A DNA stretch of 52,513 bases, taken from positions 1 through 52,513 of the IMG/VR virus record IMGVR_UViG_3300025151_000049; one strand, written 5' to 3'. The stretch's first letter is position 1, and the number at the start of each line of letters is the position of its first letter. Origin of the DNA: a virus (taxonomy: Duplodnaviria > Caudoviricetes). The translations under genes and the position numbers were made by a program. Under the pieces are notes generated by a model. It saw nothing but the letters and a program-made list of their open reading frames with translations, had not been told where the DNA came from and did no database searches. This document shows positions 36,701 to 46,774 of this stretch, piece after piece.

Positions 36701-37519
36701 TTATGATTCTTTTTCTAAACTTTTTTCATAATCATCATAATCATCTGCATCTACTAAATCTTCATATACATGAACTAATAAACTATATAAATGCTCTTTA
36801 TCATTATCTTTATACCATTTTATGTAGTTTTTTAGAAAATGTTCAACATCACCTAAATCTACATCTTCAACTTTAAAATTTGGCTCATAATAGCTATAAT
36901 TACCTCCTGCAAGATGAGGTTGTTCACTAACATTATGCATGAATCCACCTAAAGAATAAACAATATCAGCAAAACATCTAGCAAAGTCTATTGGTTTAAG
37001 TTTCCCACTAAAAGCAGGATAATTACCCCAATAATCTTCATAACATCTTGAAGCCATATATATTTTATTAGGCCAATCATAATTTGTACGAACTCTATCA
37101 TAAACAAATTGTCTAATACATTTAATAATGACCTTTTTATTGTCAAAAGGCTGCCAAGAATTATCTTTATGAGTATAAACTACTTTCCATTGATTTTCTA
37201 TAAAATATCTTCTAAATAACTGGCACATTTTATCAATACCAGAAAACATACTTGTTCTAGGTGTCATTCCAGTACTGTTATTGTTGTGAAATATATTTAT
37301 TTGTTCATAGTCTAATACCATTTCATTTCTTACTCTGTCAACTATTTCTTTAAATATTACATATTCTTCACCAGATATATCACTAGCAAGGTTCATCACC
37401 TCTATAGCTTTATCTAAAACTTCTTCATCATCTTCATTTCTTATAATTGTGTCAAGTAATTGATTACCTTCTTCATCTACACAACTATGATCTGCATATC
37501 TATCATATTCTTTACTCAT
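36701..37519 (-). CDS. Hypothetical protein
   Basis: 272-aa ORF with AAGGAG RBS; no recognised motif. Confidence 0.6.
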   Translation of the reverse strand: MSKEYDRYADHSCVDEEGNQLLDTIIRNEDDEEVLDKAIEVMNLASDISGEEYVIFKEIVDRVRNEMVLDYEQINIFHNNNSTGMTPRTSMFSGIDKMCQLFRRYFIENQWKVVYTHKDNSWQPFDNKKVIIKCIRQFVYDRVRTNYDWPNKIYMASRCYEDYWGNYPAFSGKLKPIDFARCFADIVYSLGGFMHNVSEQPHLAGGNYSYYEPNFKVEDVDLGDVEHFLKNYIKWYKDNDKEHLYSLLVHVYEDLVDADDYDDYEKSLEKES

Positions 37520-38109
37520 TTGTTCTCCTTATTGGTTTGAGAGTTATTAAATTATTAGAGACGTTTATATTTATTGTGGTAACGTCTCCAAAACCACTCA
37601 AGAGTCATCCGAATACCCCAGGTTTAGGAGCATGCTTTTAGACCTCCCGCTACAGGTAAGCTTGTTGTTTTCTAGGCCCAGAAATTTCTCTCTACCTATA
37701 GTCTACCTCACGTGTGATAACATCTCAGCCGACATCAGTATCGACCTCCGTTACCAGATAAATTTAATACTTGTAGTTAATCCGTCTAGGCGCTATGTAA
37801 CACTAGCTATATTATATTATGCTTTTTACTAATATTGTATACCACAGTCCTGCATAACGCCTATTATTAATTATTTGTGCATTTTTAAGGAGAACGCACA
37901 AACTCACAACGTAATAAGATTACATTTTCTAAGGCTAATCTCATGCCTGGATCATTCTATTTCAGATGAATGATAGAACTGAGGACTTTTCTTCTTAGAT
38001 AAGAGCTTAGTGTGCCTATCTCACTAAACAATACTACATATATGACCTTATTTACCCATGCCTCATATTTATTATAGTTACGACATGCATGTTTTGGTAG
38101 AGCCAGGTA

Positions 38110-38244
38110 TTATAACCCAGCTCTTTTAATAACATTATAACACTTATCACTAAACTCTTCGAGATTAGCAGTATAAGCCTCATAACGTTCGATTAACTCT
38201 TTATATCGAGCAATCTCAGCACATTTAGTGCATTTGGTATCCAT
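38110..38244 (-). CDS. Small CxxC protein (start revised to MDTKCTKC)
   Basis: GGAGGTG RBS before the internal ATG. Confidence 0.5.
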   Translation of the reverse strand: MDTKCTKCAEIARYKELIERYEAYTANLEEFSDKCYNVIKRAGL

Positions 38245-38424
38245 AGACACCTCCTCTCTAACTCTTAACGAGTTCCCACAGAGAGAATACTTGTTTGGTA
38301 TAAGTTTATATATATACTTACACACACATGCACACGTATAGAATGCGTCTTATACTGTTTTATGTATTTATTGTAACACACACACCACAATACGTCTCAA
38401 CTTGTGCTAAATGATAATAATTAA

Positions 38425-38462
38425 ATATATAAGGGGAAACTAAATTAGAATCCCCCTATATA
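38425..38462 (-). terminator. Hairpin/terminator after the first - strand gene
   Basis: ATATATAGGGGA...TCCCCTTATATAT inverted repeat just downstream of the stop at 38479. Confidence 0.5.
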
Positions 38463-38478
38463 TAATCCAAAAAACAGA

Positions 38479-38823
38479 TTAATTATTACCAATGTACATC
38501 AATCTAAGTTCTGCTTTCCATTCTTGTTTAGAGATTTCTCTACCAAACTCTCTGTAAGCAGACCAACCTAGATCTTGTAAGTCTTTAAGCTCTCTACGTT
38601 TAGCAGCTTTAGACTTAGTAGGATGCATTACAATAGCTGTCCTTTGTGACTTAAGTATCTCTAGGACATTATCAGTCTCACCCTTTGATACTAACTCAGG
38701 AAGGTCATTGATGCTATACACCCTTTCATCTCTTGTTGTACCCATATCCACTGGTTGTACAATAATGGACTTACGTATAACTTGTGAAGCACCATTATCA
38801 ATTGTTTTATTATCATCTGACAT
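38479..38823 (-). CDS. Hypothetical protein, first gene of the - arm
   Basis: 114 aa with AAGGAG RBS. Confidence 0.6.
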   Translation of the reverse strand: MSDDNKTIDNGASQVIRKSIIVQPVDMGTTRDERVYSINDLPELVSKGETDNVLEILKSQRTAIVMHPTKSKAAKRRELKDLQDLGWSAYREFGREISKQEWKAELRLMYIGNN

Positions 38824-38966
38824 TTTATTCTCCTTATATTAAATAATAAACACAAATATAATACAACTAAAATGAAAAATAACGTAATCACGATAGTGAA
38901 AAACCCTTCATAAGGGGTGGGTGTATATTAGAACACCACACACTAAAATTGCACAATTTTTAAAAG

Positions 38967-38996
38967 TTGCTTTTCAAACTTAACTTTTTGTAAATT
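38967..38996 (+). promoter_or_regulatory. Sigma70-like promoter TTGCTT-N18-TAAATT at the start of the + arm
   Basis: In the divergent intergenic region, 28 nt before ATG 39025. Confidence 0.6.
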
Positions 38997-39024
38997 ATAT
39001 TGTAAAATAAAAGGGGGGGCTTAA

Positions 39025-39255
39025 ATGGCTAAAGGTAAAAATAAACCTAAACTAACAAACAAACAAATAGAATACCACTTAAATAATCTGTATAAGGCTA
39101 TTACTCAAGAAAGTAATACTCTTAGTACCACGATGCAAGTATTAACAGACTTCATAGAATTTTCTAAAAAAACTGATGATTTTCAAGAATTTATACAAAA
39201 AAAGTATAAAGATTTAGAAGATAAGAAAGAAAAGCCTAAAATAATTACAAAGTAA
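39025..39255 (+). CDS. Hypothetical basic protein
   Basis: 76 aa with G-rich RBS. Confidence 0.55.
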   Translation: MAKGKNKPKLTNKQIEYHLNNLYKAITQESNTLSTTMQVLTDFIEFSKKTDDFQEFIQKKYKDLEDKKEKPKIITK

Positions 39256-39258
39256 GTA

Positions 39259-39288
39259 TTGCTTTTAATATAATATATTCACTAAACT
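39259..39288 (+). promoter_or_regulatory. Sigma70-like promoter TTGCTT-N18-TAAACT
   Basis: Intergenic; same -35 and spacing as the site at 38967. Confidence 0.55.
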
Positions 39289-39314
39289 ATAGAATATTAT
39301 ATGAAAGGGCTTAA

Positions 39315-39509
39315 ATGAAAGATGGTAATACTAAATATATATTAACTATAGAATTTAATCCCGATACAGAAGAAATAGAAATAGTAGAAGAAACTATTAT
39401 AGAACCTTCTCCATGTCCTATTATATTTAAAGGTAATTTGGAAGTGTTAGATTATATAGATGATGAGCATATCTCTAAAATAACTGTGTATGAGATAGCA
39501 GAATCATAA
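39315..39509 (+). CDS. Hypothetical acidic protein
   Basis: 64-aa ORF. Confidence 0.55.
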   Translation: MKDGNTKYILTIEFNPDTEEIEIVEETIIEPSPCPIIFKGNLEVLDYIDDEHISKITVYEIAES

Positions 39510-39669
39510 TTTAATTTGACCTTCGGTCAAGTTACCAGCATAACAAAGGAAAGTATGTCTAAAAATAAAAAGACACAGATTAGAAAGACTGTTGACACTA
39601 GTTCTTCAAAGGTATATTTAAAACAACAAATATCCGATAACATACAAAGAAGTAGGTTAAGGAGAAAAA

Positions 39670-40341
39670 ATGCTAACAGTAAAGCTATTACTGATTATAT
39701 TAGGAAGTATTTTAAATAGTATGACAGATTTTAATGAACAACAGCTAATATCTAGAGAGTTAGACTCTATGGGTAATTATGAAAATAGAACCCAGTCTAT
39801 ATATGACTCTATGTTAGTAGAAGCTTCTAATCATTGGGGTATACCTGCTACTAGAATTGATAATATTATTACTAAAATAGGTTATCATGAAAGTCATCAC
39901 ACTATGGATCCTATGATAAAACAAAGATTAAGTGATGGTACTGTTGGTCGTGGAAGAGGTATATTTCAATTTGAAGTAAGCTCAGATGATAAGCAAGGTG
40001 GTGGAGCAACAGCATTTAACAGAAGTGTAAATTATTTTAATAATAATGAAATACCTAAACCTGATTGGGTTTTAAATGCTAACTATGTTGATGATTTTGA
40101 TGCAACTACATTAGATAGTTTAAACCAACGTATACTAATGTTGGCTAACATGAGACAAGAGCCTGTAGTAACTGCTGAATCTATAAGTGATGTATTTACT
40201 AATGAAGATATTGCAGAATTTTGGCTAAATAGTCATTGGAAGGGTGATGTATCAGACAGACTTGCTAGGAAAAATAGTTTTCTTGGGTCTGTTAAAAAGT
40301 ATGATAGTGAAAACCCTACAGAAAATATGCTTTTTGAATGA
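39670..40341 (+). CDS. Lysozyme-like/transglycosylase-fold protein with hydrophobic N-terminus (endolysin candidate)
   Basis: IGYHES (catalytic Glu-like) followed by GRGIFQF; N-terminus MLTVKLLLIILGSIL; AAGGAG RBS. Confidence 0.5.
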   Translation: MLTVKLLLIILGSILNSMTDFNEQQLISRELDSMGNYENRTQSIYDSMLVEASNHWGIPATRIDNIITKIGYHESHHTMDPMIKQRLSDGTVGRGRGIFQFEVSSDDKQGGGATAFNRSVNYFNNNEIPKPDWVLNANYVDDFDATTLDSLNQRILMLANMRQEPVVTAESISDVFTNEDIAEFWLNSHWKGDVSDRLARKNSFLGSVKKYDSENPTENMLFE

Positions 40342-41078
40342 GATTTTATAAGGTTAACAAAATACAGCATGTCGTTTATGACGAAAGAAGCGAGTTACCT
40401 AATGATATAAAAATAAAACAATGGAGAAATGCTGAAGTTGGTGATTGGGTTGAAGCTGATGATGGATGTTTTATACAAATATTGCGCAAAGGAAAGATGG
40501 TCGTGCCGAAAGGGCGGAACAAGGTTAGGGAATATGTTGGCACGTGCACTGGTACTTTTCCAGTAACCTCCAAAGCGAAGATGGACACTTCGCGCAGACT
40601 CAATATTTACTCCTTTGGAGGGAGTAAGAGTTCTGCAGACGTTCTGCTAGATCGGACCGTACTGAGTAAGCATGAGCATCTATTTGTAACTTATATAGTA
40701 TCTGGGCTTAGTCCTCAGGAAGCTTATATAAAAGCTTTCCCTACAACTAATCCTGGATATGCTAAACAAAAGTCAGCGCAATTAGTAAAAACTAAAAGGA
40801 TTACTACAGCTATGAAAGAAGAATTAAAACCTATATTAGAAGATATAGGAATAGATGAAAAAACTATATTAGAAAACATAAATAATATAGCATTATCATC
40901 AGAAAAAGATGAAACAAGATTAAAAGCGTTATTTAAATTATCTGACATCATGGACTTAGAAGATAAAAATAAAACTACAGTAACGCAAGTAACTGGTGCT
41001 CTATTTCAAGGATTCCAAGATAAGGACTTGGTAAAAGTAGAGAGACCAAAAGATGCTTTAGAAGCAAAGGAGAAATAA
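40338..41078 (+). CDS. Terminase small subunit-like protein with N-terminal extension
   Basis: HTH-like FVTYIVSGLSPQEAYIKAF...AKQKSAQL and helical RLKALFKL; lies upstream of TerL. Confidence 0.6.
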   Translation: MRFYKVNKIQHVVYDERSELPNDIKIKQWRNAEVGDWVEADDGCFIQILRKGKMVVPKGRNKVREYVGTCTGTFPVTSKAKMDTSRRLNIYSFGGSKSSADVLLDRTVLSKHEHLFVTYIVSGLSPQEAYIKAFPTTNPGYAKQKSAQLVKTKRITTAMKEELKPILEDIGIDEKTILENINNIALSSEKDETRLKALFKLSDIMDLEDKNKTTVTQVTGALFQGFQDKDLVKVERPKDALEAKEK

Positions 41079-41079
41079 A

Positions 41080-42063
41080 ATGGCGATATATCCAGAAGGG
41101 GCAGATTTGATTAGACCATCAGAGTATACTATGTCTGATCAAGAGATAGAGGATATGATAATGAATCAATTCTTAGAAGAAGAAGAAGACCTTATTGCAC
41201 CAACTCCTAGAGACCCTAATATAGATTATGGTAAAGGAGAAAGTGGTATTGTTGAAATGGAGGGCAGTACAATTAATTATACATTAGATAATCCTGATGT
41301 ATTGTTTCAAGAACCTCCTGCACCAGGTTACCATGAAATTGAAAGAGATGGAATTATGTATGGTGTAGAAATTATGGAAGATGGAAGTATAGGTTCTGTA
41401 GATACTTTGAGTGATTCTATTGTAGGTGGAGATTCGCCTATAGATGAGCAGTTTAGTCCTTCTGAAGGATTAAGTATAGATAATTATTCTGCTTATTCTG
41501 AAAAATTTGATGAATATTATAATCCTGAAACAGGAATGACTTGGGATGGTGCTAAAATAGATGTTGAAATTAGTCCAGGAGGACAAGATTTAAGTAGAAT
41601 GTTTTCTGCACAGGATTTACAAACAGGTGAACTTGTAGGAGACTTATTATTAGGAACATTAGCAACACCTTTTGTAGGACCTTTTCCACGTATGAAGAAA
41701 AGAACTGATTTTTTGACTACTAAACCTAGTTGGGGTACTTACAATAGAATGAAAGGTACTCCTAGAACAGATTTAAATATTAGACCTTACATTAATCAAT
41801 CTAAAGGGCCAGTGATGGATCAGGTTTTTAAAGGGCGTTTTTCAAAATACGATCCTAAATTGGGACCTTGGAGCAAAGCTGTTAATGCTCCTGTTAATCA
41901 GGGTGGCACAAGAATCCCAGGACCATTTAAAAGTAAGGATTTAATGGTACGTCCAACAATAAATGCTAAAAGAAATGATCCAATGACATCTTTTGATAAG
42001 GCGGTAGACAAAAAGACAATGCAACAAATACAAAAGATTCTTAAAAAAATATATGGAGAGTAA
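41080..42063 (+). CDS. Hypothetical protein with acidic N-half and basic, Pro-rich C-half
   Basis: 327-aa ORF with AAGGAG RBS. Confidence 0.55.
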   Translation: MAIYPEGADLIRPSEYTMSDQEIEDMIMNQFLEEEEDLIAPTPRDPNIDYGKGESGIVEMEGSTINYTLDNPDVLFQEPPAPGYHEIERDGIMYGVEIMEDGSIGSVDTLSDSIVGGDSPIDEQFSPSEGLSIDNYSAYSEKFDEYYNPETGMTWDGAKIDVEISPGGQDLSRMFSAQDLQTGELVGDLLLGTLATPFVGPFPRMKKRTDFLTTKPSWGTYNRMKGTPRTDLNIRPYINQSKGPVMDQVFKGRFSKYDPKLGPWSKAVNAPVNQGGTRIPGPFKSKDLMVRPTINAKRNDPMTSFDKAVDKKTMQQIQKILKKIYGE

Positions 42064-42065
42064 GT

Positions 42066-42239
42066 TTGAATAAGCCTAACCAGTTTAAAATAGAAACACC
42101 AGCACTTACTGTTGAATCAGATACTGATAGCCCTATATTTGACTTAGTAAGTGTTGTTCTTGTATTTGCTGTTTTCTTTGTAGGTATTAAAGTTTTAGGT
42201 ATATGGATAAAAGGCATATTAAAACGTGGCAAATATTAA
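42066..42239 (+). CDS. 57-aa single-TM protein, TTG start (not in ORF track)
   Basis: GGAG upstream; LVSVVLVFAVFFVGIKVLGIWI segment and basic tail. Confidence 0.45.
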   Translation: MNKPNQFKIETPALTVESDTDSPIFDLVSVVLVFAVFFVGIKVLGIWIKGILKRGKY

Positions 42240-43788
42240 TACACAAAATGTAAGTAAAGCAGAAGAAGCTTTAATGCTTGCTAAAAATGATATGATTGCA
42301 TTTGGTAAATTATTTTTACCAGAAGATTTTATGAGGAGTGAAACTCCTTTTTTTCATTATGAGGTAGCTGACTGTATATCAGATAAAAGCATAAGACAAA
42401 TGGCTGTAATATTACCTAGGGGTCATGGTAAAACTGTGCTTACTAAATGTAATATATTAAACGATTTCTTATTTGCTGAAGAGCCTTTATTTTATGGGTG
42501 GGTTGCTGCCTCGTCTAAGATTAGTGTACCAAATTTAGACTATATAAAATATCATTTGGAATATAATGACAAAGTTTCGTATTATTTTGGTAATTTAAAA
42601 GGTAAAAAGTGGACAGAAGATGACATCGAACTTAAAAACGGGTGTAAACTTATTAGTAAATCAAATCTTTCAGGTATTAGAGGAGGTGCTAAATTACACA
42701 AAAGGTATGATCTCATTGTGTTGGACGATTTCGAGGATGAAAATAATACCGTTACGCCTGAATCTAGAGCTAAAATCTCGAATCTGGTTACAGCTGTTGT
42801 TTTCCCTGCTCTTGAGCCTGGTAGTGGTAGGTTGCGTATTAATGGCACACCTGTTCATTACGATGCTTTCATTAATAATATACTTGTTGGATATGATAAG
42901 GCAAAAGGTGAAGGGAAAGAAAAAGAATTTAGTTGGAGAGTGGTAACATATAAGGCAATCCAACCTGATGGAACACCATTGTGGGATTCTTGGTTTGGTC
43001 AAAAAGAGATGGATAGAAAGAAAAAGTTCTATGCAGACTCAGGACAACCACAGAAGTTTTATCAAGAATACATGATGGAAGTTCAAAGTGAAGAAGACTC
43101 TATATTTACTAGAGATCATGTAAAGTTTTGGGAGGGAGATTATAAATATGATGAAGAAGGGCAAATCTCATATATCATCACAAGTGATGGAGACGTTAAG
43201 CCAGTCAACATTTTTGCTGGGGTTGACCCTGCTACTGACAGTACCCGTAGGGATAGTGATTTTAGTGTTATTATCATTTGTGCTGTGTGCCCTGATAATA
43301 ATGTCTATGTTTTGGAGTATATTAGAATGCGTAGTTTACCAGTTCTTGGGATTCCTGGGGATAGCAAAAAAGGAATAGTTGATTATATTTTTGACATGAA
43401 TAAAAGATATAAACCAAGTTTATTTACTGTAGAAGATACTACTATGAGTAAACCTGTATTTCAAGCATTAAATGCTGAGATGAGAAGAAGAAATGATTTT
43501 ACTGTAAAATTTTGTGCAGAAAAACCTGGTAACAGAATGAGCAAAAGAGATAGAATACAAGAAATATTAGCACAAAGATTTTCAGTAGGGGGAGTATTTG
43601 TAAAGAAAAATATGTATGATTTACAAAGAGAGATTTATACATTTGGTCCTAGAATGGGACATGATGATACTATAGATGCTTTGGCTTATGCATGTAAATA
43701 TGCTTATCCTTTACAGTCTGTTAAAACAGATCAAAAGGGTAAAATGTATAAACATAAACCAAAAGCAAGAAGCTGGGTAACAGCATGA
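42226..43788 (+). CDS. terL: Terminase large subunit
   Basis: Walker A PRGHGKT, Walker B IVLDDFE, GTP coupling motif, nuclease motifs GVDPA and HDDTIDALAY. Confidence 0.93.
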   Translation: MANINTQNVSKAEEALMLAKNDMIAFGKLFLPEDFMRSETPFFHYEVADCISDKSIRQMAVILPRGHGKTVLTKCNILNDFLFAEEPLFYGWVAASSKISVPNLDYIKYHLEYNDKVSYYFGNLKGKKWTEDDIELKNGCKLISKSNLSGIRGGAKLHKRYDLIVLDDFEDENNTVTPESRAKISNLVTAVVFPALEPGSGRLRINGTPVHYDAFINNILVGYDKAKGEGKEKEFSWRVVTYKAIQPDGTPLWDSWFGQKEMDRKKKFYADSGQPQKFYQEYMMEVQSEEDSIFTRDHVKFWEGDYKYDEEGQISYIITSDGDVKPVNIFAGVDPATDSTRRDSDFSVIIICAVCPDNNVYVLEYIRMRSLPVLGIPGDSKKGIVDYIFDMNKRYKPSLFTVEDTTMSKPVFQALNAEMRRRNDFTVKFCAEKPGNRMSKRDRIQEILAQRFSVGGVFVKKNMYDLQREIYTFGPRMGHDDTIDALAYACKYAYPLQSVKTDQKGKMYKHKPKARSWVTA

Positions 43789-43871
43789 TAGATTTAATTA
43801 AACTAAAAGACTTGGGGAAACCTAGTCAAGAAAATAATAACGAAGAAACCGAAGAGAACAAAGGAGAATAA

Positions 43872-44333
43872 ATGGCAACAAAAGTAACGCCAGCTACGCT
43901 CACAGTTAAGGTAAGTGAAACAGTCACACTAAATGGTGTAACATATGGTGGTTCTAATACTTTTAGAAAAACATCGTGTGGACAAGTAGATCAGAGAATA
44001 ATGTCAGTAGCTCATGATAGTAATGTTGAAATAGCTTCATTTGCAGCAGCAGATGCAAAAGGTGTTGTAGTAGGAGCAAATTTAAAATATTTTAGAATTA
44101 CTAACTTAGATGATACTAACTTTATTTCAGTAATAATATATGATTCTGGAGCAGGGCATGAATGTGCTATAAAAGTAGAGCCAGGATCTAGTTATTTCTT
44201 TACAACAGATGATTTTTATGCAAATGATGATTCTGATGTAGATTTTGCAGGAACATTAATTACTGCTGAAGCAATTTACTTAAGAGCTGACACAGCTGCA
44301 TGTGATGTAGAGTATATCATAGTAACAACTTAA
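43872..44333 (+). CDS. Putative beta-rich structural protein
   Basis: 153 aa between TerL and portal; YFRITNLDDTNF. Confidence 0.5.
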   Translation: MATKVTPATLTVKVSETVTLNGVTYGGSNTFRKTSCGQVDQRIMSVAHDSNVEIASFAAADAKGVVVGANLKYFRITNLDDTNFISVIIYDSGAGHECAIKVEPGSSYFFTTDDFYANDDSDVDFAGTLITAEAIYLRADTAACDVEYIIVTT

Positions 44334-44344
44334 TATAGGTTAAT

Positions 44345-46735
44345 ATGGCAAAACGACAAGATAAAACTGCTCAAAGAGTACAAAGAATATTTAATTCTAT
44401 AAATACTCATACAAGAGCACAATGGGAATATATAAATCAAAAAGGGTTTGATTTTTCTAACGATAACCAACTTTCAGAAGAAGAAAGAATTGTTTTAGAA
44501 GAGCAAGGAATGCCTACATTTACTATTAATAGGATTACTCCTGTTGTAGAAATGTTAAATTTTTATGCTACAGCAAACAATCCAAGATGGCAAGCAGTTG
44601 CTTCAGAAGGCAGTGATACTGATGTTGCTGCTTTATTTGCTGATTTATCAGATTATATTTGGTATAATTCTGATGCAAGTACATTATATGCAAATGCAAT
44701 AAATGATTCTATTACTAAATCAATAGGTTATTTAATGGTAGGCATTGACCATGACCAAGATCATGGAATGGGAGAAGTTGTTATAAAACAACCAGAACCA
44801 TTTGATATATTTGTAGATCCAAAATCTAGAGATATGTTATTTCAAGATGCCTCTTATATAATGACTAGAAAAATATTACCTAGAAAGCATTTAATATCTT
44901 TATATCCTGAATATAAAAGACAAATTAATAATGCTAATACTGATAATAATAATATGTATGATATGTCTGAAAAATCATACGATTCCGCTGTAAAAGATTT
45001 TGCCTATAAAGATATAGATTCAACAGAATCTGTAGATCCTTCAACTGGAGAATATGATGATTTAATTGAATGTTATGAATTGTATGAAAAAGAAAAGCTT
45101 TTATATTATAACATATTTTTTAGAATACCTCCTGATGAAGAGCAAATTTCTAAAGCTAAAGAACAAGTTGCTTTTGAAATGCAAAAAATTCAACAAGAAA
45201 TGCAAGTAGAGTTTTTAGAGCAACAACAACAAATGCAACAAGCTGTTCAAGAGGGTAAGATGTTACCTGAAAGATTTGAACTAGAAGTTAAGAAGCTTCA
45301 AGAAATGCAACAACAACAATTAGTAGCTGCTGAACAATCTATGATGAGTAGAATAGTAGAGCAAAGTTCTATTATTGACAATCAAATTGTTACAGAAAAA
45401 GAATATAAACTAATGATTAAAGATGAAGATTTTACTAAACATCTTGTTGAGGCTATATCTTTTTATCAACCTAGAATCAAATTTACAAAAGTAGTAGGAG
45501 ATAAAACTTTATATGAAAAATATCTTCCTGCTAATATAACAGAGTATCCAATAGTTCCATTTCATTTTAAATGGACAGGAACTCCTTTTCCTATCTCTGC
45601 AGTTTCTCCACTTATTGGAAAGCAAAGAGAATTAAATAAAGCACACCAAATTATGGTACACAATGCATCTCTTGGAAGTAGCTTAAGATACTTATATGAA
45701 GAAGGTGGTATAGATACTGATTATTGGGAAAAATATTCTAGTAGTCCTGGAGCTTTACTTCCAATACGTCCAGGTGCAGCAACTCCAACACCAATACAAC
45801 CAGCCCCATTGTCAAATGCATTTTTTAGTATAGTACAAGAAGGCAAAGGTGATATGGAGTATCTTGCAGGTATATACAGTTCTATGATGGGTGACACAAA
45901 TAGACAAGCAGATACTTATAGAGGTATGCTTGCTATGGATGAGTATGGAACTAGAAGAGTAAAACAATGGCTAAATAATTGTATTGAACCAGGATTAAAA
46001 CAACTTGGTACTGTAATAATGCAATACTCTCAATCTTTATATACTGCAGAAAAAGTATTTAGAGTTGTTCAGCCAAATAACATTAAAGAATCAAAAGAAG
46101 TTAGTATGAATGTACCTATTTATAATGATTATGGAGAGGTTATAGGTAAATTTAATGACTATGCTACTGCTAAATTTGATATTAGAATAGTTTCTGGATC
46201 AACCCTACCAGTTAATAGATGGGCATATCTAGAAGAATTAAAACAATTATTAAACTTAGGAGTTATTGATGATATAGCTGTTCTTGCAGAAACAGATATT
46301 AGAAATAAGGAAAATATTGTGAAAAGAAAATCTATGTATGCTCAAATGCAAAGTCAATTATCTTCTATGGAAGAAGCTCTTAAAGATAAAGAGGGTGCAA
46401 TAGAAACTCTTGAAAGGCAACTTGTTCAAGCAGGTATTAAAGGTAAAGTAATGCAAGCTGAAATGGAAATAACTAAAAAGAAAGAACAAGAAAAAGCTAA
46501 TGTTACTGTTGAAGCAAATAAAATGAAAAATAATGCTATGACTCAACAGCAGATGTTAAAAAATGCAGTTAATAATGAACAAGAGAAAGCAAAAATTAGA
46601 GCTCAAGAACTTATGGGTAGAATGCAATTGTCTGCTCAAAGTGTTCAAGATCAAGCAAATTTAGATGCACAAGCCACTAGGGCAAATGCAGCTTTAGAAA
46701 GTAAACAAAGAAAAAACGTTGGAAATGATCAATAA
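44345..46735 (+). CDS. Portal protein (P22-like)
   Basis: TINRITPVV, FVDP, YPIVPF, QRELNK and long Gln-rich coiled coils; follows TerL. Confidence 0.85.
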   Translation: MAKRQDKTAQRVQRIFNSINTHTRAQWEYINQKGFDFSNDNQLSEEERIVLEEQGMPTFTINRITPVVEMLNFYATANNPRWQAVASEGSDTDVAALFADLSDYIWYNSDASTLYANAINDSITKSIGYLMVGIDHDQDHGMGEVVIKQPEPFDIFVDPKSRDMLFQDASYIMTRKILPRKHLISLYPEYKRQINNANTDNNNMYDMSEKSYDSAVKDFAYKDIDSTESVDPSTGEYDDLIECYELYEKEKLLYYNIFFRIPPDEEQISKAKEQVAFEMQKIQQEMQVEFLEQQQQMQQAVQEGKMLPERFELEVKKLQEMQQQQLVAAEQSMMSRIVEQSSIIDNQIVTEKEYKLMIKDEDFTKHLVEAISFYQPRIKFTKVVGDKTLYEKYLPANITEYPIVPFHFKWTGTPFPISAVSPLIGKQRELNKAHQIMVHNASLGSSLRYLYEEGGIDTDYWEKYSSSPGALLPIRPGAATPTPIQPAPLSNAFFSIVQEGKGDMEYLAGIYSSMMGDTNRQADTYRGMLAMDEYGTRRVKQWLNNCIEPGLKQLGTVIMQYSQSLYTAEKVFRVVQPNNIKESKEVSMNVPIYNDYGEVIGKFNDYATAKFDIRIVSGSTLPVNRWAYLEELKQLLNLGVIDDIAVLAETDIRNKENIVKRKSMYAQMQSQLSSMEEALKDKEGAIETLERQLVQAGIKGKVMQAEMEITKKKEQEKANVTVEANKMKNNAMTQQQMLKNAVNNEQEKAKIRAQELMGRMQLSAQSVQDQANLDAQATRANAALESKQRKNVGNDQ

Positions 46736-46748
46736 CTTATTGTAAATT
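46719..46748 (+). promoter_or_regulatory. Sigma70-like promoter TTGGAA-N18-TAAATT for scaffold/capsid genes
   Basis: Same spacing and -10 as 38967; precedes the AGGAG RBS of 46775. Confidence 0.5.
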
Positions 46749-46774
46749 TTCAACAAAAAAAACTAGGAGAGTAA

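Noticed and set aside
37558-37710. Group I intron R/S-like words (AGAGAC..., ATAGTCT)
   Set aside because: They are explained by local hairpins; no interrupted gene and no consistent P7 pairing.
37645-37995. RNase P RNA-like words on the - strand (GAAGAAAAGUCC ... ACAACAAGCUUAC) about 340 nt apart
   Set aside because: The P4 helix would pair only about 4 bp and the other conserved regions are not visible.
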